A stretch of DNA of 64,000 bases, taken from positions 27,220,001 to 27,284,000 of the forward strand of contig NW_024704743.1 in NCBI RefSeq assembly GCF_018977255.1, in the 5' to 3' direction. Below the pieces are notes generated by a model, which worked only from the letters and a program-made list of their open reading frames with translations, did no database searches and was not told where the DNA came from. Positions 51,925 to 64,000 of this stretch are shown piece after piece. Both the position numbers and the translations under genes were made by a program. This DNA is from Callorhinchus milii (taxonomy: Eukaryota). The number at the start of each line of letters is the position of its first letter. The first letter of the stretch is position 1.

Positions 51925-52077
51925 CCAGAGACAGAGAGATGACAGTCCGTTCCAGACACAGAGAAATTTCCATGAGTGGGTGGCATACATACGTGGAACT
52001 CTCACTTTGGTTTAGATACTCTTAAACATGGTGATGGGTTTCTGCATGGGTCAGACACCTGACACACCAAAAATAAA
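51925..52077 (+). mobile_element. Unassigned poly(A) family, 3' end
   Basis: gtggaactctcactttggtttagatactcttaaacatggtgatgggtttctgcatgggtcagacacctgacacaccaaaaataaa. Confidence 0.75.
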
Positions 52078-53114
52078 TTCACCTCGCCTACCCTCCTCGA
52101 TCATATCCCCACTCGGGATCAATAAAAAACACATAGCATTCTCTGGATCTTTCTTCATATCTCAGAATCACCTTTGTCTTTCTTTTTTATACTCTCTTAG
52201 AGTTGTGTAATATATATTCCAGTCCATGATTCCTGAATGTCAGCTATGCCTTTAAAATTCAGACCTGAGATTTAGATCTTCCAAAAGCAAATCCATCTAT
52301 AATGTACAAGACTGATTTTCACTGTTACAAGTACTTTGTCAAAACTCATCTCTAAAAAGTATAAAATGTAGTACCAAGTTTCTCCTTATTTGCTTAACTA
52401 GTTTGAATGATATAAAGTTGCTTAAGTCACCAAAGCATTCATTGGTGAATCTAAACTGGAATTTCTACACTGATTCCTTTAAAGTGTTTTTTTAAATAAT
52501 GTGTATTTTGCAATTAAAAAAATACTCAAGTAATCAAATCATAGAGGAAACAATCAGTTTTGTTGAAGGACAGGTGCAAATAAATATTTGAGAGAAAGAC
52601 ATGCACAAGAACACTCTTAAATATTGATCTTATGCAATCAATGCATGCTTAATATAATAAAGAACTATGGAAGTGAAGGAAGTATTAGGAGAACATGGAT
52701 AAGATTCTAAGCGAGAGTTAGTTCTGCTCATTTTTGGTTGCCAAAAAATTGTAATTTCAAAGTAGAATAAATGATTATCCCTTAAGTAATGACTTAGCAA
52801 AACAATATAATATAGTTTGCATGAATATAATAATAAATATAATCCTTGCATTCAAAACCCCCATCTTGTTAGACTGTTCCGGGTATCAAGAATATTTATA
52901 GAGTATCAATATCCCTTCAGTGGTCAGGGATATTGACTTTGACTCATCTTAAATCCCATGAACAGAAGATAGCTAATTTGTTATCTTTGGATTCATACAA
53001 TTACAGTGCTGGTACAGACATTTTTGCAGTAAAAAAACTGGCCCTGAAAAAAGCCAGTAAATGCCTTACCGGGATTGCAATTACATTTAGCAGGAAAACC
53101 CGGCTCGCTGGACC

Positions 53115-53225
53115 CATAAAATATACATTCAACTCACTTGACAGTATATTCTGTGAAGTGCTTTGAGATGTCTCGAAGACATAATAAGATGCTATATCAA
53201 ATGCCAAGATTATTATTATATTATC
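53115..53225 (+). mobile_element. SINE tail fragment
   Basis: cagtatattctgtgaagtgctttgagatgtctcgaagac...gctatatcaaatgccaagattattatt. Confidence 0.75.
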
Positions 53226-54932
53226 ATAAAATAACTGTGACTGTGTTGAGCAAATTATCAGCACAGCCAGTGCAACAAGATAATACAAGGGTTTGAAAAA
53301 GGAAGTGGACAAGTTTATGGAAATATATAAGATCCAAGGTTACTCGATGGTGAAGTAAATGTTTGAAAGGAATCTTTTGGGGTGTTGGATGTGGATGGCA
53401 GATGGACTATTGGTCTTCTCCTGTTACTGTGTAAAATATGATATCATTGCATTTCCATATCCCCTCCACCACACCCCTCCTCCATGTAACAATGACACCA
53501 CTAATGAATGTATCACACTGAGCAATTGAAAACACTTTTCTTGATGTAATATTAAGATTTAGTAGCAGGTTTTTATCTATTCAATAAAAATACCCTTATT
53601 TCCATTAATTCTGGACATCATGAATGGTGTTTCTATCCTTCATCATTTCTGTTTTATGCATAAGCCATATCTGCTACCAGTGGCGAATAATTAACACATT
53701 CACAACATGATATATAGCTGTTTAAAGCATTATACTTGGGCACAAATCCAAAACACTGTTTTTGTATTCAATAAAAATCAAACACGCCAGCCACCTGCTC
53801 TGCAATTAGCTGCTACATGACATGTCAAATACAACAGTGAAATCTGCTCTCAAAACATTAAAGCTGTAAAAATAATCAATTGGAATGATCTTTCTACTTT
53901 CCAGCTAATACAAGTGCTCATAGTTGGAGTATTCATGCTAACAGTCTCTTTGAGAGAGATACTAAAATTGTTACTTCTGTAATAAATTTATGTTTGCAAC
54001 TTTCGTATTATTGCTTTCTCTACTTTTCTCTTTAAGTTAGCTGCCCTTTCCTCCCACTACCGCCACAGGCACACACACACACAGACACACACATATATTG
54101 CTTTCTAGGTCTCTCTCCACCCCTTTCAAGTCCCGCCTGAAAACCTTCCTCTTCGACCATACTTACAGCTACCTCCTCACCCCGGCTCAGAGTCAAGCTT
54201 TGCCACTTTTAAGTGCTCTGAGATGCTACCCTGTTGGCATTACTTACTTTGAGATATTTCTTTATAGGATTCCATTATAAGGAATTTATGCCAAATCCTG
54301 GGAACTGTGCTCCAGCAATAGATTGTGTTGGAGCAAAGTTCCAGCAAATCATCTTGCCTCAATCCTTATTCCTGGGTGGCATCTGCATTCACAAACAAAG
54401 TTTCATTAAGTAATCCCATTTTGAATTACCGCAAATTAGGTTCCGCTACCTTCCTTTATTAAGAATGCAGAATGTTCCAACCTGTGCACATCTCCTCAGA
54501 TACTGCTGTAGGGTCAACCTGCCGGAAGGCACTTCTGAATAATGCAGGAAGGAACATATCTGACAAATCTCAGCAGCTATCCAGATGAATAACACAGCCA
54601 AGTGCAATTGTTCACCAAAATGGAAGCAAAATCTTTGTTTACTTGCAGTATCGGCCTCCACCATTTAAGANTTTTTTACATACATACTTACATCAAAGTA
54701 TCGGAAGTATTTACTGTTAAGTGTGGCTGTCTTTATTGGCAAATGTTGTGGCCAATTTACACAGCAAGGTCCCCAAAACAGTCCTAAGGTGGATAAACCC
54801 TAGATAATTGCCCACTATATTGTAATTACCAATAGCCACCGATTGCCACCAGGTCCACCATTTTATTTTGTATGCTTCTTTCTTTTTCCAAATCTTGTAA
54901 TGAAATCTGTATCAGCCAGACTGACATAAACA

Positions 54933-56010
54933 CAATACAAAATTACATTTGTAAAGCACTTTTCATGGCAGTAGGACTTGCCAAGGCACTGAACAGTGAG
55001 GGATTAGGAGCTGAGTGGGAGGATGTGTGGTTGGGATCAGGTAGGGTGGAGGGCAGAGAACGTAGGAGAGTGGCCGAAGGCATGGTCAAAGAGAAGGGTC
55101 TTGAGGCAGGCCTTGAAGGAGGCAAGGGAGGGAGTGAGGTGAAGGGAATGTGGGATGGAGTTCCAGAGGGTGGTGGCAGAGAGGCTGAAGGCTCGACTGA
55201 CAATGGTGGGGCGGGCCGGACGGGGGGCATGGAGCAGGCCGAAGCCTGCTGAGTGGAGGGAGCGGACTGGTTAATAAGGGGTTAGCAGATCGGAGAGCTA
55301 GGAGGGGGTGAAGCCATGGAGGGCCTTGAAAGTGTGGATGAGAATTTTGAACTCAATCCTCTGAGAGATGGAGAGCCAGTGGAGCCAGATCACAGAACCT
55401 GGTGCGGGAGACAACGTGAGCTACAGAGTTATAATAATAATAATAATAATAATAATATTTCTGGATGATCTGCAGCTTATGGTGCTTGTTGGAAAGGCCA
55501 ACGAGCAGGGTTTTGGCATGTTCAAGCCTGGTTGTAATGAAGACATGTATGAGGTTTTCGGTAGCCTGAGGGGTAAGGCAGTTGCAGAGTCGGGCAAAGT
55601 TGCAGAATTGGGGGAAGGCAGAGTGGGTCATGGCACGGATATGGGGGAGAAATGACAGTTGAGGGTTGAACAAGACGCCTAGGTTCCTGACTGGCGTGGT
55701 TCTGAGGAACACCACAGAAGACTGTGCGGGAGCTAGAGGAGAAGCCATTTGTGGAGACAAAGTGGAGCCGGTGTGAGAGATAGGATCTGAACCATTTGAG
55801 GGCAGATTCTTGAAGGTTAACAACAACAAGAATAGCAGCAAAATTACATTTGTATAGGGGTGAGAGGAGAGGCGATGGAGGAGAACAGAGTGGTCCACAG
55901 AGTCAAAGGCATCAGAGAGGGCAAGGAGGATGAGGAGACTGAGAGAGCCCTGGTCACAGATGGACAAAATGTAATTTGTCAGCTTGACCAGGGCTGTTTC
56001 CGTGCCATGA
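54933..56010 (-). mobile_element. Rearranged L2 (internal deletion plus two tail-only insertions)
   Basis: ORF 55353-56033 fuses TETALVKLTN..LSDAFD, a tail insert, VRNLGVLFNPQLSF and a Tyr run derived from (ATA)n. Confidence 0.9.
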
Positions 56011-56679
56011 CATCTTGCAAGTGATTCTGGCATATTTCCATTGGATCAGACATAAAATCAATAGCCATTCTGTCAGTTGAAATGGACATTAAGGTTCTCT
56101 TGGCAGTGTGCAAAAAGAGAAGTATTCTGAGCTAAGCTTTTAATATTTCGGAATCTTTTAGACATATCCACGTTTGTATGTTTATATGTACTAGTATGTG
56201 TAAGGGAGAAGGAATCCAATTATTTTAGAGCTTCTACAACTTTCAATTCCTGTGCAGAATTGAAATGACAGTGATTTATTTTACTTCTTAATAGGCCTTT
56301 ACATAATTCTCAGAGGTAACTTGCTATAAATTAGACACTGACTGCTGTCTCAGTGTAAATGTTGGGTGTTCCAAGCAGCACTATGCACACTGAGAGTTGT
56401 CATAAAAACAGAGGCAATCAGATATGCAGTCAGTCTATGAATCCCAGCAAGCTTCACATACTTCACTGCACCACATCCTGGTGATTTGATGGGGGAAAAA
56501 TAACTTTTAAACTAATAATGCAGAATAAATCATCTATATTTGTTTCATAAAATAAGTATTAGAAATGATCATTTAAGGAAATTGTGCCTTTGGATTTAGA
56601 ATCAGTGCTGGAGAGGACAAGGGTGCTGAAAGCCAGATTAAATCTGAATATTTAGGCAAACTAGTGACCATCCTCATTG

Positions 56680-57120
56680 TGGAAGTTAAACAGGATCTCC
56701 TTAGAGCTGAACTGGCTCTAAGGAGACATGTTTAGCATAGGAATTTCAGAATTGAAGCAACCCTCTGTTACGATATTGGTATTCTGGTTCCTACTCCAGA
56801 GCACTGCTGATGACAACCAGTCAGTTTGGCTTATCGTCATGAGTTGGAAAGGCAGACTGATGGCATCCACTGAGGGCAGGGATTCTTCCCACTCAGCTCA
56901 TGTTCACCCTACAAGCCAAAGCCTTCATGCTAGGGTGGTTATAGCTGGAAAGTAGCAGGACAATTGCCAGACAGTGCTCTCAACGGTTACAGTTTTAGCT
57001 GGTTTAACTCCAGCAGAACTCTCAACACACACTCTTGAGTCCCCAATGTTTTGCTATTGCCGACCTGCACCTAATACTCTCCGAATTTAAGTAAGCAGGA
57101 TAAGTTCTTCCAGGGAATGA
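56680..57120 (+). mobile_element. Unassigned poly(A) family copy
   Basis: caggatctccttagagctgaactgg...gcactgctgatgac...ttcccactcagctc...ttttagctggttt; collinear with 19975-20375. Confidence 0.75.
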
Positions 57121-57879
57121 GTGAAAAACACATTATTGAAGATTTTGGAGCAATCCCTTTGTTTCGATGAGCTTGTAATACTATCTCGATCAGTTGCATT
57201 TCCCTCTGTGAAGTAATATCATCAATAACAACTCACATTTCTTTAGCGCATTTCATGCAAGACAGCATCTTGGAGCTCGACCCAATGTATATCATATGAT
57301 GCAAATGTTAAATAACAATTGGCATCTTCTCTAGTTCTAAGGTGATTCCTACATTTAATGAGTACAGGAAAATCAAAAGCACTGGGATTACGTGTCCTGT
57401 TCTGGGCCCTTTACAAAATACCCTGGAATGCTTACTTGAGAATCACAGCAGGCAAATTAAAAATAAGAATTAAAGCTAATGGTGTTCCTGAATACAGCAG
57501 GCAGTGAAACTTCCTTTTGATCATGCTGAGCAGCCAATCATTATCGGTGTGTAGCATACAATTTGTGCAGAAGAAAGTTGTGAAGGACCATGTGGTAACC
57601 TCACTTTTCAATTAGCATGAAAAATTGCCAGGATCACACCATGGTTCAGTCTTCAATCATAGTTTGTGGAAGGGGAAAAATTCCATTTGCAACTCAGCAT
57701 GAGTCGAGGAACAACATGAAGTGAGGTAAGAGGGTAACAACAGGAAAACCGCTATAGTGGTTACAAAATCATTCAGCATAATGCGTTGTGTTAAACAGTT
57801 TAACACCTAAACATATAAGGTTTGTGTGTGGTGCTTTGGGATTCAAGATTGCTGCATGGTATTCTGTCATATTTCATTT

Positions 57880-58360
57880 CAATGGAGAGAATTGAACAAG
57901 GAAGACTGTGGTGTGCACTAGAGATGTCAACACTTACATAAGTAAATTAAGAGAGATTTCAAGCCAATAGAGGGGGTGCAGGGGAGTTTTACTAGATAGC
58001 AAACAAACAAATGCGGAGGTTAGGAAAAAGTTTTTCATGCACAGAGTAGTTAGGATATGGAATGCCAAAAGCTGTGTTTAAGGCAGAATCCATAATAGCT
58101 TTCACAAGGGAACTTGATAAATATTTTAAAAGAAGTAAGTTGTAGTGGTAAAGAGAAAGGACAGGTAAATGGGACGTAAAGGATTGAGCCAGCACAGACA
58201 TGATAACGACAACAACTTGCATTGATATAGCACCCTTTATGCAGGGTAGTGTCTCAGAGTACTTGGGTTGTTGGGCCAAATGCCCTTCTGTGCTGTACAT
58301 TTTTATGATTCTAGTTTTTTTTATATGCTTTATGATTCTATGCTTTTATGATTCTATGCT
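57880..58360 (+). mobile_element. CR1 3' end with an L2 tail inserted in opposite orientation (58205-58265)
   Basis: tttcatgcacagagtagttaggatatggaatg...gggccaaatgcccttctgtgctgta...atgattctatg. Confidence 0.8.
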
Positions 58361-59199
58361 TTTAATATTACAAAGAGGACTCAGATAGGCAGGAAAATGT
58401 GCAAGAAATTTGTGAAGTTAATAGAATTATACAAATCTGATTGTGAGAAGATTGGTCACTAGGCAGAGTCGCTAGGAATTCAATAAAATACGCCAGAAGA
58501 CAAAGAGAGGTAAACAGTTGTAGGAAGGCAGGGGAGCACACACTGGGAAGTGAATAAAAATAATCAGGGGGTAAGGAGAGATGAGAGGCATAAGCAAATG
58601 AACAAGAAATATCAAGATCAAGTACAAACAGGGAGAAAAGTGATGCTGGGAAATGAGTAATCCATCAACAGTGAAATGAAGAGCTTCGCAACACAGGATA
58701 GACATCTTAGCTGTTGCAATTATATAGTGCCTTTCATGTCGGAAGGTCGTCCCAATTGTTTTAAAACCAAAAATTAGTATGCTTCCCACATGCTTGTACT
58801 TTTAGAGCCTAATATTTTCATGTTCTTAGGTTTAAGATCATTGTCATTACAATGCCACCAACTAGATCACTGTTGAAACATTCTATTGATCTGAAATGTT
58901 AATTCTTCCCTCAGTGGACCTCTTGTTCCTGCAACTGTAACTCAGATTATTTAGTCCAACATTAAGTCAAAATCTGTTAAACATCATTTTAACGTACTGG
59001 TTTAATCTTACATCAAAAACAAATCACAGGACAGTATCTTGCTCATTGTTACCTTCTTGGACTCTGCACTACAATTTACAAACAACACTTCAATTTACGT
59101 GTGAAATACAACTGATTTTCTCATTATTTTGTTTTTGCAAAGGGGTAAAACAGAAGAAACTTCAATGAAATTAAGATGGATTTATTGCTCTAAAACAAA

Positions 59200-60243
59200 A
59201 CTCAGGAGGATGTCCCAAGGCATTGGACAAGTTTTGGACCCAAACTGGGGGTCGGGATCGGGGAGAGTGGAGGGCTGGGGAGATGGAGGGTGACCAAAGG
59301 CACGGTTGAAGAGGAGGGTCTTGAGATAGGTCTTGAAGGAGGCAAGGGAGGGCCGAGGTGTAGGGACTGCGGGATGGAGTTCCAGTAAGGTCGGGGCAGA
59401 GCGGCAGAAGGCCTGCCCCTCAATGATAGGGTGGGCAAGGTGGGGGACGAGAAGCAGGTTACAACCCGCTGAAGGTGGAGACAAAGGACAGAGCCCTGAG
59501 GAACTCCGCACAAGACGGTGCGGGGTCTAGCGGAGAAGCTGTTTGTGGAGATGATGTTGTGTGAGGTAGGATCTGATATATTCAACGAAAGAACCATGAA
59601 GATTGAGGTGAGAGGAGAGGTGGTGGACGAGGATTGAGAGATCAACAGTATCGAAGGCAGCAGAGAGGTCAAGGAGGATAAGGAGGCAGAGGGAGCCCTG
59701 GTCGCAGATGGACAAAATACCATTTGTCACTTTGATCAGAGCTGTTTCTGTGCTGCGGGTGGTTTCGGAGGGTTTCGTAAAGGGGGTGGCGGGAAAGGAA
59801 GGAGTAAAGCTGGGAAGCAATGACTCATTCCAGGACCTTTGGAAAGGAAAGAGAGGTTGGAGATGGCTCAGTAGTTTGAGAGCAGGAATGATTCCAGGGA
59901 GGGCGATTTAAGAATAAGAGTGATGACAGACATTTTTAGAGGGGTGGTAATGGTGTCAGTGGACAGGGAAAGGTTCATGATGTCTGTGAGTAAAAGGGCA
60001 AGGTGGTGGAGGTAAGGAAGGAGGGAGGGATGGGTAGATGCCAGAGTGTGAGGGTGAGTTGAGGAGGGGTAATGGTTGGAAGGGCAGAGGCAACTGATGG
60101 ATCACCTCGACTTTGGTTTTGAGGAAGTCCAGCATCTCCTCGCAGGTGGCATTGGAGGAGAGGATGGCCGAGGCGTGAGAGGATGGGTGGAGGATCTGGT
60201 TGGTGATAGAAAAGGCCGGGGTTGTCCTTGTCCTCCAAGATTG
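59200..60243 (-). mobile_element. L2 with large internal deletion
   Basis: STETALIKVTN..LLDLSAAFDTVD and GVPQGSVL are joined directly to the 3' terminal region at about 59470. Confidence 0.9.
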
Positions 60244-61309
60244 TATTCTTTATGATACTGTGAGCAAGCTGTTGTGACTTAGGTAGTTATTACGAAACTG
60301 AAGTCTAACTTGTGTTCCTCCTTAGAAAAGAATTTAGTTAAGAAGACCACAAATTACACTGTGTTGTAAAGATTAGTTATATTCACCAGACAGCTATATG
60401 ATCTATGGAATACTTATACTAAAAAGAGACCGTTGCACGGAAAGCCATGTTCGCCTTTTATTCCATAGCTCCACACCTTCAGCATAATGCATGATTGTTG
60501 AGATACTTTTCTAAGTGTGAAATGCTCATAACTCACAAGACCCAGAGGGACGAGCAAGTTAAGAAGGTCTTTCACAAGTGAATGAGCCATCATAATGACT
60601 CATTCTTAGTGATGAAATTATCAGTCATGCTCAAATGCTGAAAAAAATAAACATGTCCTTGTTCAAAATCATTGTTGATTAGAAATACTGGGAAATCTTA
60701 TGGGATATAATCAGAGTTACGTCTTGCCACAATTTATTGATTATATAAATATTCAGAGTGTAACAATTCCTAAAGAGCTCCATGGCTCATTTATAATGAT
60801 TTACTGACTATTGATTCTGTCCCATTAAAAGCTTTCATCTCACCATGTATCTCTAAGAATGATAACCAATTTAATTATAAAACAAAAACTTTAGCTGCTG
60901 GTTGTTACAGTTCCCAAAGAAACGGATAATCAAGATTTCTTAAAGAAAATGTGTCAGTGTAATATGATTCTACATGGCTAAGAAAACCAAATTGGTTTCC
61001 ATTTATCAAAGGTTGAAAGGCCTTCTTATCTTTTATACCATTCTGGGGTCATGTTCTAACTGAGAATTTTGCAACTCTTTCAGTAACATATTTTATTAAC
61101 CAATGGCCTTTGTCTTGTTTTTAGGGGTTTATGAGGTAAGATGCTACGAGAAATAATTTCACCTTAGAAACAACAGCAACTTGCATTTAGATAACATCCT
61201 TCACACAGGGTAGTACATTAGAGCTCCTTTTTTGAAGCTCTGTTTCTATTGACTATTGGGCAGGAATCCCAAACCCTTTCATCTCAACTTGTTCTGTAGC
61301 CTGCTACGC

Positions 61310-62737
61310 TTACTCTTCTTCATAGCACCCTCTCCACCACACTTGACGCCCTTGTTACCCTCACCTCCTGAACTGCCTCCTATTCTCGATCCTCACCCTG
61401 CTTCACCAGCCACCTCCGCTCGCTTAAGGGCCAGATGCAGTCTGCCAAATGCACTTGGCTCAAATCCGGCCTAATGGTCCACTAACGCATCTGGCTGGAC
61501 CTCATCCAAACCTACCGCTCCGCTCTCAATCCTCCTCCACCGCCTCTGTTCCCACCTCAACCTTCAAGGTTCTGTCCTGGACTGGTTCAGGTCCCACCTT
61601 TCACACTGCTTCCACTTCGTCGTCACAAACGGCTTCTCTTCCAGCCCCAGACCGTCTCACGTGGTGTTCCTCAGGGCTCTGTTCTTGGTCCCCTCCTCTT
61701 CACCCTCTACATGCTCCCCCTTGGTGACATCATCCGCAGACATGAGGCAAATTTCCCCATGTATGCGGATGACACCCAACTCTATCTCTCTGCCTCCATC
61801 CTGAACTCCAGGACTACTGGCATCCTGACCGACTGCCTGTCTGACATCAAGTCCTGGACGAGGGACAACTTTTTCCAACTCAACGTCAGCAAGACTGAGG
61901 ACTTCCTGATTGGCTCGCGCCAGCGCCTCCGCACCTCATGCACTGGCAGCATCAGCTTCCACAGCTGCACACTCAACCTCGATAAGCCAGTCAGGATCCT
62001 GGGTATCTTGTTTGACCCTGAACTGCCCTTTCTCCCCCACATCCGCGCCATGACTGGCACTGCCTACCACCACCTCCGCAATATTGCCAGACTCTGCCAC
62101 TGCCCCACCCCTCAGGCTGTCGAAACCCTCACCCAAGCATTCGTCACCTCAAGGCTCGATTACAGGATCTCACTCCTTATCGGCCTTCCCAACTCTTCAC
62201 AAGCTGTAGATCATCCAAAACTCTGCAGCTCGTGTACGCTCACGCACCAGGCTCTATGACCCCATCACTCCCACCCTCGCCCGACTCCACTGGCTCCCCA
62301 TCCCCCAGAGGATCAAATTCAAGATCCTCGTCCTCACTTTCAAGGCCATCCATGGTCTTGGCCCCTCCTACCTCTCTGACCTGCTGATTCCCTACCAACC
62401 TGCCTGCTCCTTCCAGTCAACGGGCTCCGGCCTGCCCCATGTCTCCCGCCCGACCTGCCCTACCATCGGTGACTGGGCTTTCAGCATCTCTGCCCCCACA
62501 ATCTGGAACTCCATCCCACGGTCCCTTCACCTCGCTTCCTCCCTTGCATCCTTCAAGGTGGGTCTCAAGATCTTTTTCTTCGACCGTGCCTTTGGTCTCC
62601 CTCCCACCTCTCTGCCTTCCCTCACCCTTGCACCACCCCCCTCCCCCATGCTCAGGTCCCAACACCCGATTGTTCAGTGCTTTGAAACGTCCTCCCGATG
62701 TGAAAGGCGGTCTCTAAATGTAATTTTGTTGTTGTTT
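61310..62737 (+). mobile_element. L2 LINE with internal deletion near 61525
   Basis: ORF 61711-62259 [21 protein letters not shown]; tail gtgaaaggcggtctctaaatgtaattttgttgttg. Confidence 0.95.
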
Positions 62738-63129
62738 GCCTGCCTGCTGCCTGCCTGCCTACCTTCCTTTCTTCCTTTCTGTCTGTCGTTGAGTCTCTGT
62801 AACACTCAAGCTCTTTCTTTGAGTTTCTCTAGTACTAAGTCTATTCTATCTCTTTCTCTGACTCTAATCCTACACTGCACAAAATATTGCCATTCATTCG
62901 ACTTAGCTACAGAGAGCAAGTAAATCACATCTCCATAGTTTTCTCTGATCCACTCAAGTTCAAAAGCTCACAATGCAAAGGAGGTTTGATAATTTATTTT
63001 AATATATCACGTTATGAATTGAAAACATTCCATTAAAGTGCAGTGTATGTTGCTGTGTTGGCAATTGTGTAAGTTCATAGCTGATACGAAGACCAAATTT
63101 CTAAATGCTGGTAAGATGGCATAGGTGCC

Positions 63130-63545
63130 AGCCTGGCTCAGTTGTTAGTAGCTTCTGAGCCAGAAGCTTCAATTCCCACTCCTTGAGCTTGAGTTCACAG
63201 TCTGGTTGCTTCCCTGGTGCAGTACTTGGGGAGTTCTGCATTGTTGGAGATGTCGTTCTTTGGATGAAACATTAAACTGAGGTACTTCCTCTGCTTGTCC
63301 ATGTGGACATTAAGGATTCCGTGGCACTATTCAAAAACTGAAAGGAGCTACTGGTTCCTGTCCAACAATCCACCAAATAAAATCTGTCATTTACTTCATG
63401 GCTGTTTGTGCGACATTGCAAATTTGCTGTTGAGTCCACCTGCAAAAAATATACAGTTACTACACTTAATAAGTTCTGTGAACCATTTGAGACTTCCTGC
63501 TGATGTGAAAGGTGTTATATCAAATCTAAGGTGTATTATCATAAT
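63130..63545 (+). mobile_element. Deu-domain SINE
   Basis: ctggctcagttg head; ggatgaaacattaaactgagg...gtggacattaaggattccgtggcactattc; tail gtgaaaggtgttatatcaaat. Confidence 0.8.
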
Positions 63546-64000
63546 TTAGAGAACGCAAAATACTGCTGCATTGTGAATGTGCACAGCAGCACAGCAGTAT
63601 GCACACGATTTTCGGAGGACATACAACAACAACAACAATAATAACAACAACAACAACAACCACAACAAGATTGCATACAAACAGTGGGGGATAATTGGGA
63701 CCACACTGTTTTTCTGTGTTGGCAGTGTTACCACTGAGTATTGACACACATGACTCAGAAGTACAGGCTGGCATGCTGTGTGGTTCCTGACAGAAATAAA
63801 TCTTTTCTACACGAGGTCTTTGATACTCTGATAGCTGTCCTTGTCAAGCGCAGGTCAATAGCCTGGAAATTAAATTTTAGTGCGAGTGTGTGGGACAGCA
63901 GCACAGATTATTGAAACAGAACAAACTATTCATCCATTGTCAACCACGACAACTCTATTACCTCTTTAGAATGCAGCAGATAATCAGAACAATCATAGCT

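Noticed and set aside
56800..56855. Hammerhead-like CTGATGA...GAAA in the poly(A) family
   Set aside because: The core is not conserved in other copies (ctaataa at about 20110, ttgatga at about 39425) and stems I and III are absent.

Overview
Repeat-dense eukaryotic DNA with no recognisable host gene, most likely intronic or intergenic. The repeat content points to a vertebrate and probably a cartilaginous fish (possibly a chimaera); this is an inference. Every ORF in the track that I could interpret is a retrotransposon fragment. Present are: L2-clade LINEs (many 5'-truncated or internally deleted copies); CR1 3' fragments; one Penelope-like element with a GIY-YIG endonuclease and a decayed hammerhead ribozyme; a tRNA-Ala-headed SINE and a Deu-domain SINE that share a 3' body and an L2-like tail; an LF-SINE-like copy; and microsatellites. 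The most notable observation is an unassigned family of about 10 dispersed copies ending in ...GTCAGACACCTGGCTGAC(A)n. Its longest copies retain a decayed C-terminal restriction-like (PD-(D/E)xK-type) endonuclease, suggesting a high-copy, apparently non-site-specific RLE-type non-LTR retrotransposon. Also notable are two local inverted duplications with the same geometry around minus-strand truncated SINEs, and tail-only insertions that seed microsatellites. All coordinates were read by eye, repeat edges are approximate, and family names rest on recalled motifs rather than a database search.
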